From an uncultured Gammaproteobacteria bacterium (lineage in GTDB: Bacteria > Pseudomonadota > Gammaproteobacteria > CAWCPV01): DNA of 64,000 nt. The number at the start of each line of letters is the position of its first letter. Within the stretch, counting starts at the first letter, position 1. Below are positions 21,625 to 31,792 of this stretch, piece by piece. Location: the NCBI GenBank assembly GCA_963797555.1, contig CAWCPV010000005.1, positions 128,001 to 192,000 of the forward strand, written 5' to 3'. The notes beneath the pieces are model-generated. The model was given only the letters and a program-made list of their open reading frames with translations, was not told where the DNA came from and searched no databases. The translations under genes and the position numbers were made by a program.

Positions 21625-22503
21625 ATGGCACACGCACAGCACGGCGGTTACTACCTACCAGACCCTAGCCGATGGCCGGTCACGGCGTCGGCCGCGCTGT
21701 TCTTGATGGCGGTCGGGGCGGGCTCGTGGATCAACGGCCTCGGTGTGGGCAAGTACATCCTGCTCCTGGGATTCCTCGTCCTGCTCTATGTGATCGTGGG
21801 GTGGTTCGGCACGGTCATTCGAGAGAACGAGGGGGGAATGTACAACAGCCAAGTGGATAAGTCCTTCCGCTGGGGGATGATGTGGTTCATCTTTTCGGAG
21901 GTGATGTTCTTCGGCGCCTTCTTCGGCGCCCTGTTCTATTCCCGGGTGCTGTCGGTCCCCTGGCTGGGTGGGGAGGGCGCCAAGTTTGCGACCCACCACT
22001 ATCTGTGGCCGCATTTCGAGGCGATCTGGCCTCTGATTCACATGCCCAACCCCGCCAACTACTCGGTGCCCGAGGAGCCCATGGCGGCTTGGGGAATCCC
22101 GGCGCTCAACACGCTGATATTGCTCTCCAGCGGCGTGACCGTCACCTGGGCACACTGGGGCTTGAAGATGAACCGGCGCGCTCAGCTAATCGTCGGCCTC
22201 ATCTTCACCGTGGCGCTGGGCTTCCTGTTCCTGGCTCTGCAGGCGCATGAGTACGGGCACGCCTACGAGGAGTTGAACCTGAAGCTGACCTCGGGGATCT
22301 ACGGGACGACCTTCTTCATGCTAACGGGCTTCCACGGGCTGCACGTGACCCTCGGGGCCATCATGCTGAGCGTAATCCTCGGCCGTAGCATCGCCGGCCA
22401 CTTCAAGCCGGACGACCACTTCGGCTTCGAGGCCGTGGCGTGGTACTGGCACTTCGTGGACGTGGTCTGGCTGGGCCTGTTCATCTTCGTCTATTGGCTC
22501 TGA
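21625..22503 (+). CDS. coxC: Cytochrome c oxidase subunit III
   Basis: WFIFSEVMFF, TGFHGLHV, WYWHFVDVVW. Confidence 0.97.
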   Translation: MAHAQHGGYYLPDPSRWPVTASAALFLMAVGAGSWINGLGVGKYILLLGFLVLLYVIVGWFGTVIRENEGGMYNSQVDKSFRWGMMWFIFSEVMFFGAFFGALFYSRVLSVPWLGGEGAKFATHHYLWPHFEAIWPLIHMPNPANYSVPEEPMAAWGIPALNTLILLSSGVTVTWAHWGLKMNRRAQLIVGLIFTVALGFLFLALQAHEYGHAYEELNLKLTSGIYGTTFFMLTGFHGLHVTLGAIMLSVILGRSIAGHFKPDDHFGFEAVAWYWHFVDVVWLGLFIFVYWL

Positions 22504-22522
22504 ACCGGATCGTCTCGGCAAG

Positions 22523-22550
22523 GGGCGCTGCCGCCGACGCAGCGCCCTTT
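22523..22550 (+). terminator. Intrinsic terminator hairpin between convergent genes
   Basis: GGGCGCTGC-N7-GCAGCGCCC followed by TTT. Confidence 0.6.
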
Positions 22551-22573
22551 CTGTCGAAGGGCCTGTGCCGGTT

Positions 22574-22783
22574 CTAAAAGCCGGGGGCGTGGGGGCGTAT
22601 CAGGCCGAACGCGAAGCCGATGATGAGCAGCAGGAACAACGTGAGGGAGAGCGCGATGCGCCACGTCAACGCCTTCACCGTGCGATTGGTTTGCCCCTTG
22701 TCCTGAATGAGCGCAAAGAGGCCAAAGCCCAGCGCGGCCACGATCAGGAGCAGCATGAGGATGACAAAGAGCTTGGCTAGCAT
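22574..22783 (-). CDS. Twin-transmembrane small protein (DUF2909/HIG1-like)
   Basis: MLAKLFVILMLLL..RTVKALTWRIALS..GLIRPH; conserved position in cox clusters. Confidence 0.85.
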   Translation of the reverse strand: MLAKLFVILMLLLIVAALGFGLFALIQDKGQTNRTVKALTWRIALSLTLFLLLIIGFAFGLIRPHAPGF

Positions 22784-22975
22784 CGAAAGCCTCGCTGGAG
22801 GTGGGCAAGTCGGAGCTTGTGAAGAAATCGTCGCGAGCGGCCCGAGAGCAAGGCGCACGGAGCGCAGCGGCGAGACATATCGAGCAGATAGGCGAGAAGC
22901 GAGCGCCGCGCGACGCCGCTCTCTGCAGCAGATATATTCACAGGCTCTCAGTATAGCCCATGGATCGCCTCGGCC

Positions 22976-23755
22976 GTGACAGGCAGACTGGGTTTTCGCT
23001 GCGCCAGCGTCGAGTTCTCGGCCTCGTTCGGGGTAACTGCGCTGACCCTGCTGCTCGCGGCGATGCTGGTGAGTCTCGGGGTCTGGCAGTTGGAGCGTGG
23101 GTGGTACAAGGAGGCCCTGGAGGACCTGCACCGGGCGCGAACCACCGATGAGGCGGTCCGACTCTCTGTCCCGATCAAGGACGCCGAGGCGCTGCGTTAC
23201 CGCCGGGTGGTTCTGAGGGGGCGATATGACCCAGCCCATTTGGTGCTCTTGGACAACCGCGTCCAGGCGGGACGGGTTGGCTACGAGGTCTTCAGCCCCC
23301 TGCAACTCGAGACGCCAGACTTGTGGCTCCTGATCGACCGCGGCTGGGTGCCCCTAGGGGAAACGCGGGCGCAGCTCCCGGAAGTGACCACCCCGACAGG
23401 CGTCACTGAGCTGGCGGGGCTCCTCGATTTCCCCCCAGGGAAGACCTTGACCCTGGGCGAAACGGAAACGCCTGGCTGGCCGAAGGTGGTGCAGTATGTG
23501 GATCTGCGGCAGCTTTCGCAACGCCTCGGTCACCCACTGCAACCCATGGTCGTCCTGCTGGACGCGCGGGCACCCTTCGGCTTCCTGCGCCGCTGGCAGG
23601 TCACTCCGATGGGTGCGGGACGGCACTTCGCTTATGCAGTCCAATGGTTCGCAATGGCGGTCCTTCTGTTGGTGCTCTACGGACTGCTTCACTCCCACCG
23701 CGCATCGCCAGCTACCTCTGATGGACACGCCGCACCTGCAAGCCCCGAGCGTTAG
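22976..23755 (+). CDS. SURF1-family oxidase assembly protein
   Basis: LGVWQLER, LLDNR, IDRGWVP, HFAYAVQWF. Confidence 0.92.
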   Translation: MTGRLGFRCASVEFSASFGVTALTLLLAAMLVSLGVWQLERGWYKEALEDLHRARTTDEAVRLSVPIKDAEALRYRRVVLRGRYDPAHLVLLDNRVQAGRVGYEVFSPLQLETPDLWLLIDRGWVPLGETRAQLPEVTTPTGVTELAGLLDFPPGKTLTLGETETPGWPKVVQYVDLRQLSQRLGHPLQPMVVLLDARAPFGFLRRWQVTPMGAGRHFAYAVQWFAMAVLLLVLYGLLHSHRASPATSDGHAAPASPER

Positions 23756-24332
23756 CGCCGGCCGGCGGATGTTGCTGCTCATAGCGCTGCTGTTCGCGGC
23801 GCCGGTACTGCTCGGCTGGGCCGTGTACGCCACGCGAGGCTGGTGGAATCTGGAAACGGTCAATTACGGCGAGCTGATCCGTCCTGCACGCCCCCTCCAA
23901 GATCAGGCGCTGCGGCGGCTGGGTGGCGGCGCCCTGCGTCTCGATCACCTGCGAGGGAAGTGGACCCTGGTATACCTGGGTCCTTCCAGTTGCCCGACGA
24001 ACTGCCGCGACAGCCTGTACAAGATGCGCCAGGTGCGGCTCGCGCTTGGCGAGGACAGCCTGCGGGTGCAGCGGCTGTTTGTGCTCACCGACAGAGGGGA
24101 CCCGGGAGCCCTGCCGCCGCTTCTGGCTCAGCATCCCGGACTGACGGTGGCGACGGCGGAGGGGCCGGCGCTGCATGAGCTGGTGGGAGAATTCTCCCCG
24201 CGCGGTCTCGATGACGCGGTCTATCTCGTAGACCCCCTCGGGAATCTCATGATGCGCTATCCTCAGGGTTTCCAGCCGAGGGGGATGTTGCGGGACCTGC
24301 AGCGGCTGCTCCAGGTCTCGAGTATCGGGTAA
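23721..24332 (+). CDS. SCO/thioredoxin-fold oxidase biogenesis protein
   Basis: NYGELI, CPTNC (CxxxC), YLVDPLGNLMMRY. Confidence 0.85.
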   Translation: MDTPHLQAPSVSAGRRMLLLIALLFAAPVLLGWAVYATRGWWNLETVNYGELIRPARPLQDQALRRLGGGALRLDHLRGKWTLVYLGPSSCPTNCRDSLYKMRQVRLALGEDSLRVQRLFVLTDRGDPGALPPLLAQHPGLTVATAEGPALHELVGEFSPRGLDDAVYLVDPLGNLMMRYPQGFQPRGMLRDLQRLLQVSSIG

Positions 24333-24444
24333 CGGCCAGAGGCGGCTGGTCTGCACTGCCCTCATGGCAGGCGGCAGCGGGCCATCCTCCGGCAAGGTGT
24401 CGGTGGGAGACTCAAGGGGCTCGGCCCCACGGGGAGACTCTGAG

Positions 24445-25380
24445 ATGTCTAGAACGACAGCGACCAGGCAATCCTGGTGGGCCGGCGACAGACCGACTCC
24501 GTGGCGGGAATATCTGGAGCTCTGCAAGCCGCGGGTCGTCGTGCTGCTGGTGTTTACGGCCATTGCGGGTATGTTCCTCGCCACGCCGGGCATGGTGCCC
24601 GCGGGCATTCTGGTGTTCGGTGCGGCCGGAATCGGTCTGGTGGCTTCCGCCGCCGCCGCCATCAATCACGTGGTCGACCAACGCGCCGACGCCATCATGG
24701 CGCGCACCCGACATCGCCCGCTCCCTGCCGGCCAGGTGAGCACCTCTCAGGCCCTGCTCTTCGCCGCGGTGCTGGGGGTTTCAGGAACTGCGCTGCTGAC
24801 CGCTGTGGTCAATTCCCTGACGGCCGTACTGACCGTCGTATCCCTCATCGGGTATGCGGTGGTCTATACGTTATTTCTCAAGCGCGCGACGCCGCAGAAC
24901 ATCGTGATCGGCGGGGCGGCCGGGGCCGCGCCCCCCGTGCTCGGTTGGACGGCGGTCACGGGCCAGTTGGACCCTCATGCTCTGCTGCTGTTCTTGATCA
25001 TCTTTGTGTGGACGCCGCCGCATTTCTGGGCCCTCGCCATTCATCGCCGCGACGAGTACGCGAGCGCGGGCATCCCGATGCTCCCGGTGACCCACGGAGT
25101 CGATTACACGCGACTCCAGATACTGCTCTATAGCGTGTTGCTGCTCGCCGTGAGCGTCCTGCCCTTCGCCACCCACATGTCCGGTCTGCTGTACCTCGTC
25201 GGGGCGCTGATGCTCGGGGTGGGGTTCCTGTACCATGCGGTGATGCTCTTCAGGTCCAGCGACGGGCGGTGGGCACTGCGCACCTTCCTGTACTCCATCC
25301 ACTACTTGACCGCATTGTTTGCGCTCCTCATGGCCGACCACTACACGCCGCTCCTCGCCGGCTGGCTGCGGAGCGCGTGA
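24445..25380 (+). CDS. cyoE: Protoheme IX farnesyltransferase (heme O synthase)
   Basis: LCKPRVV, DAIMARTRHRP, TPQNIVIGG, WTPPHFWAL. Confidence 0.96.
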   Translation: MSRTTATRQSWWAGDRPTPWREYLELCKPRVVVLLVFTAIAGMFLATPGMVPAGILVFGAAGIGLVASAAAAINHVVDQRADAIMARTRHRPLPAGQVSTSQALLFAAVLGVSGTALLTAVVNSLTAVLTVVSLIGYAVVYTLFLKRATPQNIVIGGAAGAAPPVLGWTAVTGQLDPHALLLFLIIFVWTPPHFWALAIHRRDEYASAGIPMLPVTHGVDYTRLQILLYSVLLLAVSVLPFATHMSGLLYLVGALMLGVGFLYHAVMLFRSSDGRWALRTFLYSIHYLTALFALLMADHYTPLLAGWLRSA

Positions 25381-25632
25381 GGGAGGCACCGCGCACCGTC
25401 GACGGACGACGCGCACCCCCCATGCAAGGCCGGCGTTTCGTTGCGGCCGGTCGCATTGCGAGCCGCACCGGTCCGGAGTGGGAATGCGGCGGTGATGCCC
25501 GGCCATGCGGCCGCTGATGCGTTTCGACGGGATCTTGGATACCTTCGGCGTCACGCGCAGCCTGTGAGAGGTCCAGGACGCACGGATGCGCCAATCTACC
25601 GCAGAGGTACGGTATCGAGTTGCCGAGCTACT

Positions 25633-27351
25633 ATGATCGAGAAACCGTGGTTCTACCTTACGGAGGTCCACCTGCGATTACCGCGTTTTTCCGTCCCCGA
25701 ACGGCTGTATCCACTTGTGCTGGTTTTGCTGTGGGCGCTGCTGACTCTTCCCTCCCTGGCGCTGACCCCACTGTTCGACTTGGACGAAACGGTATACGCC
25801 CAGGCGGCCGCCGACATGCTGCGCGGTGGCAACTGGATCATTCCCAGCGTCAACGGCGTTCCGTTCTTCGACAAGCCGCCCATCGTTTATTACCTCATGG
25901 ATGTTTCTTTCCTCATCTTCGGAGAAAACAGCTTTTCCGCTCGTTTGCCCTCCGCCATTTTTACACTGATGACCGCCCTTTACCTGTTTTACTTTGGTCG
26001 AACCGTTCGCGGCCCCCGTTTCGGCCTGATGGCTGCCTGTGTTTTTCTTACGACGTTGGAGGTTGGCTTGCTCGCGCACGCAGCCATTCTCGATGCCACG
26101 CTGAACTTCTGCCTGGTTCTTTCCATCCTCAGCTATTTTCTCTGGAATACGCGGGGTATTAAGCGCGATGCGTACCTCAGCGCCCTGGCGGCAGGCGCAG
26201 CCGTCAGCGTGAAAGGCCCAGTTGGCGTGGTCATTCCCGTCGTCGTCGTGGCACTGGACGGCTTGCTCAGCGGCACGTTGAAAGCGTTCTTCCGCAACTT
26301 CCCCTGGTTTCGAGGGGGTGTGGCGTTTCTGGCGGCGGCCCTGCCATGGTATGGCCTCGTCGCCCTCAACCACACTTGGGGTTTCTTTAAGGATTTCATT
26401 CTGGTGCACAACATCGGGCGCGCCGAGCATCCGATGGAGGGACACGGCGGCGGCTGGTATTACTACCTCGTTGTGTTCGCTGTCTCGACACTCCCCTGGC
26501 TGGCATGCCTGCCGTGGGCGTGGCGCCAAACTCTGCAGCGCTGGCGTGTATCGTCGGATACCGATGCCCTGTCGCGCCTGGCTTGGTTATGGATGTTGGC
26601 GGTGATGCTGATGTTTACCCTCGCACAAACCAAATTGCCGCAGTATATCTCCAGTATCTATGCCGGCGTTGCGCTCGGCCTGGCGGCGGAATGGTATGAC
26701 GCGCCCCCCGATTTGCGGACGTTGCGTCGTATGCTGGGCGCTGCTGCCGTCCTGGTACTGCCCCTGGCGTCGGTCTTGAGTGCGCTTCCTAGGGTCTATC
26801 GCGATCTGCCCCGCTGGGTGCACGATCAGCGCGCCCTGGCGCTCTTGGCCCAGCCTATAGCGCCGCCATGGTGGATTTCGATGATCGGCTTGCTGCTCGC
26901 GGCAATGGGTGTCGGCGTCTTTCTAAGCCGCGGACGACTTACCCGATGGGCGCTGCCCACGTTGATAGTGATCTCCGCGGCTTTGCAGACGGGATTGTTA
27001 ACCGGGATCGGTGTGTTCGGCGGCAGGCTCATCCAGGGCCCCTTGCTTGTCATTGCCGATGCCATACGGCACACCCCATCGACTACGCCGGTATTCAGCC
27101 TCGACCTGAACTACCCTTCGGTCTCCTTTTACGGGGGGAGACCCTACACCATGCTGCACGGCGAAAAAGGCATGAAACGGCTAGCTGCTGCGCGCGGAGA
27201 CTATCTGCTGGTACTCCGCGATGAGAACATCAAAAGCCTGCGAGTCCCCGCTCTACGCCCGCTCGTAACTCAGGGTGGGTTTACGTTGCTTGCACATGCC
27301 GCCGACGCAAAGCGCGAGCGCATCACGCCCCCTCTGAGCCTACTCGTCTGA
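25633..27351 (+). CDS. ArnT-like GT-C membrane glycosyltransferase
   Basis: DLDETVYA, FFDKPPI, ARLPSA, KGPVG, TKLPQY; many TM helices. Confidence 0.88.
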   Translation: MIEKPWFYLTEVHLRLPRFSVPERLYPLVLVLLWALLTLPSLALTPLFDLDETVYAQAAADMLRGGNWIIPSVNGVPFFDKPPIVYYLMDVSFLIFGENSFSARLPSAIFTLMTALYLFYFGRTVRGPRFGLMAACVFLTTLEVGLLAHAAILDATLNFCLVLSILSYFLWNTRGIKRDAYLSALAAGAAVSVKGPVGVVIPVVVVALDGLLSGTLKAFFRNFPWFRGGVAFLAAALPWYGLVALNHTWGFFKDFILVHNIGRAEHPMEGHGGGWYYYLVVFAVSTLPWLACLPWAWRQTLQRWRVSSDTDALSRLAWLWMLAVMLMFTLAQTKLPQYISSIYAGVALGLAAEWYDAPPDLRTLRRMLGAAAVLVLPLASVLSALPRVYRDLPRWVHDQRALALLAQPIAPPWWISMIGLLLAAMGVGVFLSRGRLTRWALPTLIVISAALQTGLLTGIGVFGGRLIQGPLLVIADAIRHTPSTTPVFSLDLNYPSVSFYGGRPYTMLHGEKGMKRLAAARGDYLLVLRDENIKSLRVPALRPLVTQGGFTLLAHAADAKRERITPPLSLLV

Positions 27352-27469
27352 GGCCGCACATGACGCGTGTGCCCCAGGCTACACGGTACACACGTCCAAC
27401 TATCGGGTGGAGGAAGATTCCTGGTGGCGGCTCAGTGCGGTGTCTTGGCAGCAAGCCGGGCGGCAGAGG

Positions 27470-27645
27470 GACCTGCGTATTATCCGCCCAGGCGGCCCGC
27501 GCAGGAACCGGGGCCGGTCCAGAGGGGGCACCTGGAGACCATCTCTCGGCTTCGAGGGCGGCCGAGCACGGGCGTTTCGACCTAGTATGCCGGTTCGTGC
27601 AGCGGGAATTCCGCCGCTATCTCGAATGCGGGATCCTCGCCGCAG
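27470..27645 (+). mobile_element. IS91-family transposase N-terminal remnant
   Basis: YPPRRP..HLET and RFVQREFRRYLECGILA. Confidence 0.6.
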
Positions 27646-27720
27646 GGAGAGGAGACACCTCGGTGCGACCCGATGGTCAGGCTAGACACCCGCACCTACC
27701 CGATGGGCGGCCGTCTCGTT

Positions 27721-28110
27721 TCACAACTGCTGCACTCGAAGAAAGACCCAAGGCGCGACCGTAACCCAAGCCAGCACCAACAGCCAAAGGCGCCCAGCGA
27801 GAAGGTCGTAATCATGAAGGAGACGGCTCCACGGCAGACGCCTGACATAGCGGCCGAACAGGAACTCGAACGTGACCGTGAATGCAAGCCACATCAGGCC
27901 AACACCGAGAGCGTATTCGGAGGACTCCGGGCGCCAGACGCGCACAATGACCCAGATATAGACGCCCAATACCAAAATTCCGCTGACGCTAGAGATCTGG
28001 TGGGCCGGAAGCTCACCCATGTGCTTTGCGAACCACGCCTCGCGGGCCGCGCCATTGGCGATGGCGATCAGAACCATGGGTATCCAGGCTAAAGCGTACT
28101 TCCACATCAT
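27721..28110 (-). CDS. Hypothetical 4-TM membrane protein
   Basis: GAGG RBS; MMWKYALAWIPMVLIAIANGAARE..FEFLFGRY. Confidence 0.75.
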   Translation of the reverse strand: MMWKYALAWIPMVLIAIANGAAREAWFAKHMGELPAHQISSVSGILVLGVYIWVIVRVWRPESSEYALGVGLMWLAFTVTFEFLFGRYVRRLPWSRLLHDYDLLAGRLWLLVLAWVTVAPWVFLRVQQL

Positions 28111-28417
28111 GGCGCTTGCTTCCTCGGTCGGGGACTGAACAACTCGGCTGAGGCGCGCGGGTTGCTGCCTCGCCTCCAGTCGATGGGGCACGCTCGGCCC
28201 GGCCCGGGCTGGCTCGCATGGTCTGAAACTCAGAAAAAATAAATCCAGCATGGTTCGGGGTCGAACTTACCCGGCCCATGAAGATAGAGCCAGCCGATGT
28301 TGGAGACAGTCGCCCAGGTGGTAACCCGAGAATCGCGGCTCCCGCCCGGCCGGACGCGCCGTTCTCATGGCTGGACCACGAAAAGGCTCCTCGGGTGGCC
28401 CATATGCCCGCCGTACC

Positions 28418-29327
28418 CTACCCTTCGGTGAAGTAGTCCGAGTCGATCCTCTTGACCTCGTAGGAGGCGACCGGGCTCACGCCGACGTTGTGGTCGACCA
28501 TGAGGTGCGCGAGGGCCTCGCCGTCGATGAGGATGATCCGGGTGTCGATGCGCGAGGCATAATCTTCGGCGTCCTTGGTGAAGGCCGAGGTCGTGATGAA
28601 TATCCCCTTTCTAGCCCGGTGGCCCTGCAGCGCACCAGCAAACTTCTGAACCTCGGGCCGCCCCACCGGGTTGTCCCAGCGCTTGGCCTGCACATAGATG
28701 ATGTCGAGCCCAAGACGGTCCTCTTTGATGATGCCGTCAACGCCCTCATCGCCGCTTCTGCCGACGGCCTGCCCGGCGTCTCTGCGCGTACCGCCGTACC
28801 CCATCTTCACGAGGATGTCGACCACGAGGCGCTCGAAGAAGGCCGGGGAGCAGCCCTTGATGGTCTGTAGAAGCTCGGAGGCCAGGCCCTGCCGGAGCGT
28901 GAGATAGGCGGCCTCCAGGGCCTCTTCTGGGGTCTGTTGGGACTGGGTGTCTCGCTCGCCGGAGTCGACCCCGGACTCCTTTCTGAGCAATCGGAACTCC
29001 ACGAACTCGGGGAACCGTTTCAGGTAGTCGATATCAATCTCTCCGGGGTTCTGCTGCAGCACAGACAGACCACGTGAAGTAATCTTGAGGTAGCCCCGCC
29101 GGGGGCTCTCCAGGAGACCCGCCTTCTTCATGTAGGTACGAGCCCAGCCGACCCGGTTGTCGAATGTCGCCTGCCGGCCGCTCGGTAACAGCTCCTTGCG
29201 TTCCTCGTCGCTCAGCCCGAACTGATCGGCGAGCGCCTCGATGGCCCCCCCGAAGCGGGTGCTCCTCGCGGTCTGCGGCGAGCCGAAGCAGCGGCAGCAT
29301 GATCGACTGATAGTCGGGTATGCTCAT
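28418..29327 (-). CDS. mrr: Mrr type IV restriction endonuclease (frameshift ~29250)
   Basis: MSIPDYQSIMLPLL, NRVGWARTYMKKAG, GDEGVDGII, YVQAKRW, ILIDG; frameshift at a C/G homopolymer. Confidence 0.92.
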
Positions 29328-29746
29328 GCACTATTGTCCTCCACAGCGTGACCGCAAGCTCGGATGGCAACGGCCGCTCGGCCGTATTTCCCTGGACGAC
29401 ACACACCTCGGGGAGTTGGGCGGCCGACCGGCTAACACGAGATCGCCATCGCTCAGGGTCCGGGCAGGGTCGCCAGCCATTCGGCTGGGGTGGGGCAGAT
29501 GGATGTCTGGCTTGGGCGGCGCTGGCCGCCCACGGGGTGACCGTGGAGTTCCTTTGTCCCGAGACGCAATCTCTTCGTTTCTGTTGGCCCATTGATCAAG
29601 AAAATCGGCCACAATCATTGCTCCTCGATCCGCCGCCAGTTGCGGGTCACGCGGTTCATGTCCTCATTGGGACGACTTCGGCCCCTTCTTCAATGCGAAG
29701 TGGCCGACTACGACTTTCTGCGGCTCTCGGTGTCTTGGCGCATTGC

Positions 29747-30091
29747 TCAGTCCGTGAGTGACAGCAACCGCTTGACGGAATCGAGCACCGCTTCGCCATC
29801 GGGCCTGGCGAGTCGGCCGAGACGACCACGGATGAGCTGATGGTCCAGAGTGAAAAGCTTCATGCGCACGAGGGAGGCTACAGGCAGCCCGGCGGCCGTG
29901 AGGTCCTGGACCGGCACGTCGAGCGGCCAGGCTGACCGCTTGGCCGAGGTGATCATGGCCAGGACGCTGTGGCCGGCCGGCTCGTTGAACGCGGCGGCCA
30001 AGGATAGCACAAGGGCGGGGCGCGCCTTGGTGGCGCTTCGGTCGTTGAAGGGAAAGGGTACCCGGACCACATCGAAGCGTTCATAGGTCAT
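29747..30091 (-). CDS. PemK/MazF-family toxin
   Basis: FDVVRVPFPFND..KARPALVLS..AMITS. Confidence 0.9.
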   Translation of the reverse strand: MTYERFDVVRVPFPFNDRSATKARPALVLSLAAAFNEPAGHSVLAMITSAKRSAWPLDVPVQDLTAAGLPVASLVRMKLFTLDHQLIRGRLGRLARPDGEAVLDSVKRLLSLTD

Positions 30092-30311
30092 GGTAGGCAT
30101 CCTCATCCTCCGGGGAAGCCCACTCGCTAAGGGTGCCTTCAACGGCCTTGAGGTATTCCAAATCCGTCGGGCGGACTCGGCGAACCCGGACGCTGCCATC
30201 CTTCTCGATTTCCCACGCCAGCAGGTCGCCGGGTCCAGCCTGAAGCGCCTCGCGGATCTCCTTTGGGATCGTGGTCTGCCCTTTGCTGGTGATTCGAGCA
30301 AGTGTCCTCAT
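30081..30311 (-). CDS. AbrB/MazE-family antitoxin
   Basis: ITSKGQTTIPKEIREAL; acidic C-terminus; overlaps the toxin start. Confidence 0.9.
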   Translation of the reverse strand: MRTLARITSKGQTTIPKEIREALQAGPGDLLAWEIEKDGSVRVRRVRPTDLEYLKAVEGTLSEWASPEDEDAYHDL

Positions 30312-30322
30312 GAATGCATCCT

Positions 30323-30346
30323 GTAAGGATGGCCTTACGTCCTTAC
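30323..30346 (-). promoter_or_regulatory. TA autoregulatory operator (alternating palindrome)
   Basis: GTAAGG-N4-CCTTAC-N2-CCTTAC just upstream of the antitoxin ATG. Confidence 0.6.
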
Positions 30347-30850
30347 ATTCTACCAGGCGGCCAGTCGTCCGCCATCTGGGTGGAAAATTCCCGCCCGGAC
30401 CGACAGACTACTTGCGCTCCACCCGCTCTCGTTCCAAGTCCCGGAATAGCTGGTCAGCTCCTGTTGGCTCAGCAGGGCGGTGAGCCTGGCGTTGGGCCTG
30501 CCGGTCTGCTTCTGCAGCCGCGGCCTCGGTCTTGGCGATGAGGTCCTGGGTCCGGGCGCGCACTTCGCCGAGGTGCTCCCGCACCACGCCGTTCGAGGTC
30601 GCGGTCGACCCAGGCGCACTCGGGACGAGCGAGCAAGGCTAAAACATCGGGCTCTTCCGGCTTCAGCGGCCGCGCAGGACCCACGCGATCACGGCAGCGG
30701 AGACGATCCCCTCCTCAGAATTCTGGGAAGTCTTGGTCGGAATCTGCGGGGCCGCCGGCGCGGACATCCCGTCCCGCCAATCGCACGGCTTCCGCCGCCG
30801 AGCGCCATGCCTTGGTTTCTTGATGATGGATTTGTCAGCAGGATGGCTGG

Positions 30851-31342
30851 TCACGGCAACAGCCCGGTGTGCGGAACGAGGCCGAGGGCCCACACGAGCC
30901 AGGCAAGTAATCCGATGTCGAGAGCCCCCTCCGTCGCGCCTCCACTCTTGAAGCTCAGGGGAGCCTGGAACCGGCGGCGCCATGGCCAAAGCAGCGGGAT
31001 ACCGCCGACGGTGAGCCAGTCTCCGGCCAAGTGGCTGAGGTAGCCGGTGGCCGCAGCAGCCGTCAGCTCCTGATCCCAAGCCAGTCCGCGCAGCAGGAGC
31101 CAGATCCACAGGCCGATGGCGAGCAACGAATGGGTCATCCCACGGTGCCCTAGAACTGCGGCGAGGGGTACCGACAGGAACCAGAGGCGGCGACCCACAA
31201 AGCTCTTGGGGTGATCGATATCGGGAAGCAGACTGCCCGCCATCGCCGCGGCCACGCTAGCGGCCTGGGCTGGCGCAGCGCCCCAGCGACATAGCGCCAC
31301 CCAGCTTCCGGCGCCAAACAGCAGGTGGGAATAGGCGCGCAT
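30851..31342 (-). CDS. YdjM-family membrane-bound metal-dependent hydrolase
   Basis: SH, LPDIDHP, HRGMTHS, SHLAGDWLT. Confidence 0.88.
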   Translation of the reverse strand: MRAYSHLLFGAGSWVALCRWGAAPAQAASVAAAMAGSLLPDIDHPKSFVGRRLWFLSVPLAAVLGHRGMTHSLLAIGLWIWLLLRGLAWDQELTAAAATGYLSHLAGDWLTVGGIPLLWPWRRRFQAPLSFKSGGATEGALDIGLLAWLVWALGLVPHTGLLP

Positions 31343-31792
31343 GGGTGAGACATCAAAAAACACGCGCCCCATGAACGCGAGTCCACGGGGCGCCGAGGAA
31401 CCAACCCTGTTCTTGTTGTTAGCTCTCAGGTATCCGAGTTATCGGCAGCGATATTAGAACACCAGCCTTGCGCGTACAACCCCCCATCTTTCTGTCGGTA
31501 CCCGGTGCATCCGCGGGCCTCGCGCCGCACCGGAGCGGCACCTGCGTCCGTGAGTCGGGCCTCTCTTGGTCGGTGCGGCATGCGTCATCGGCACGCGAGC
31601 GGCCGCCGTGCGGTGCCTCCACGACCACCGGGACATGAGGCAGGACCGCGGCGGGGGCGAGCAAGTCTCTGCGATCCGCCCGGGCCGTCCGGCCACCCAA
31701 AGAGTATCCGCGGCCCTCACGACTATGCCTTGAGCGGCTCGCCCTGCGTGCGTCTCCGCAGCCTACCCGGCGCGGCCGCCGATAGCGGGCGG

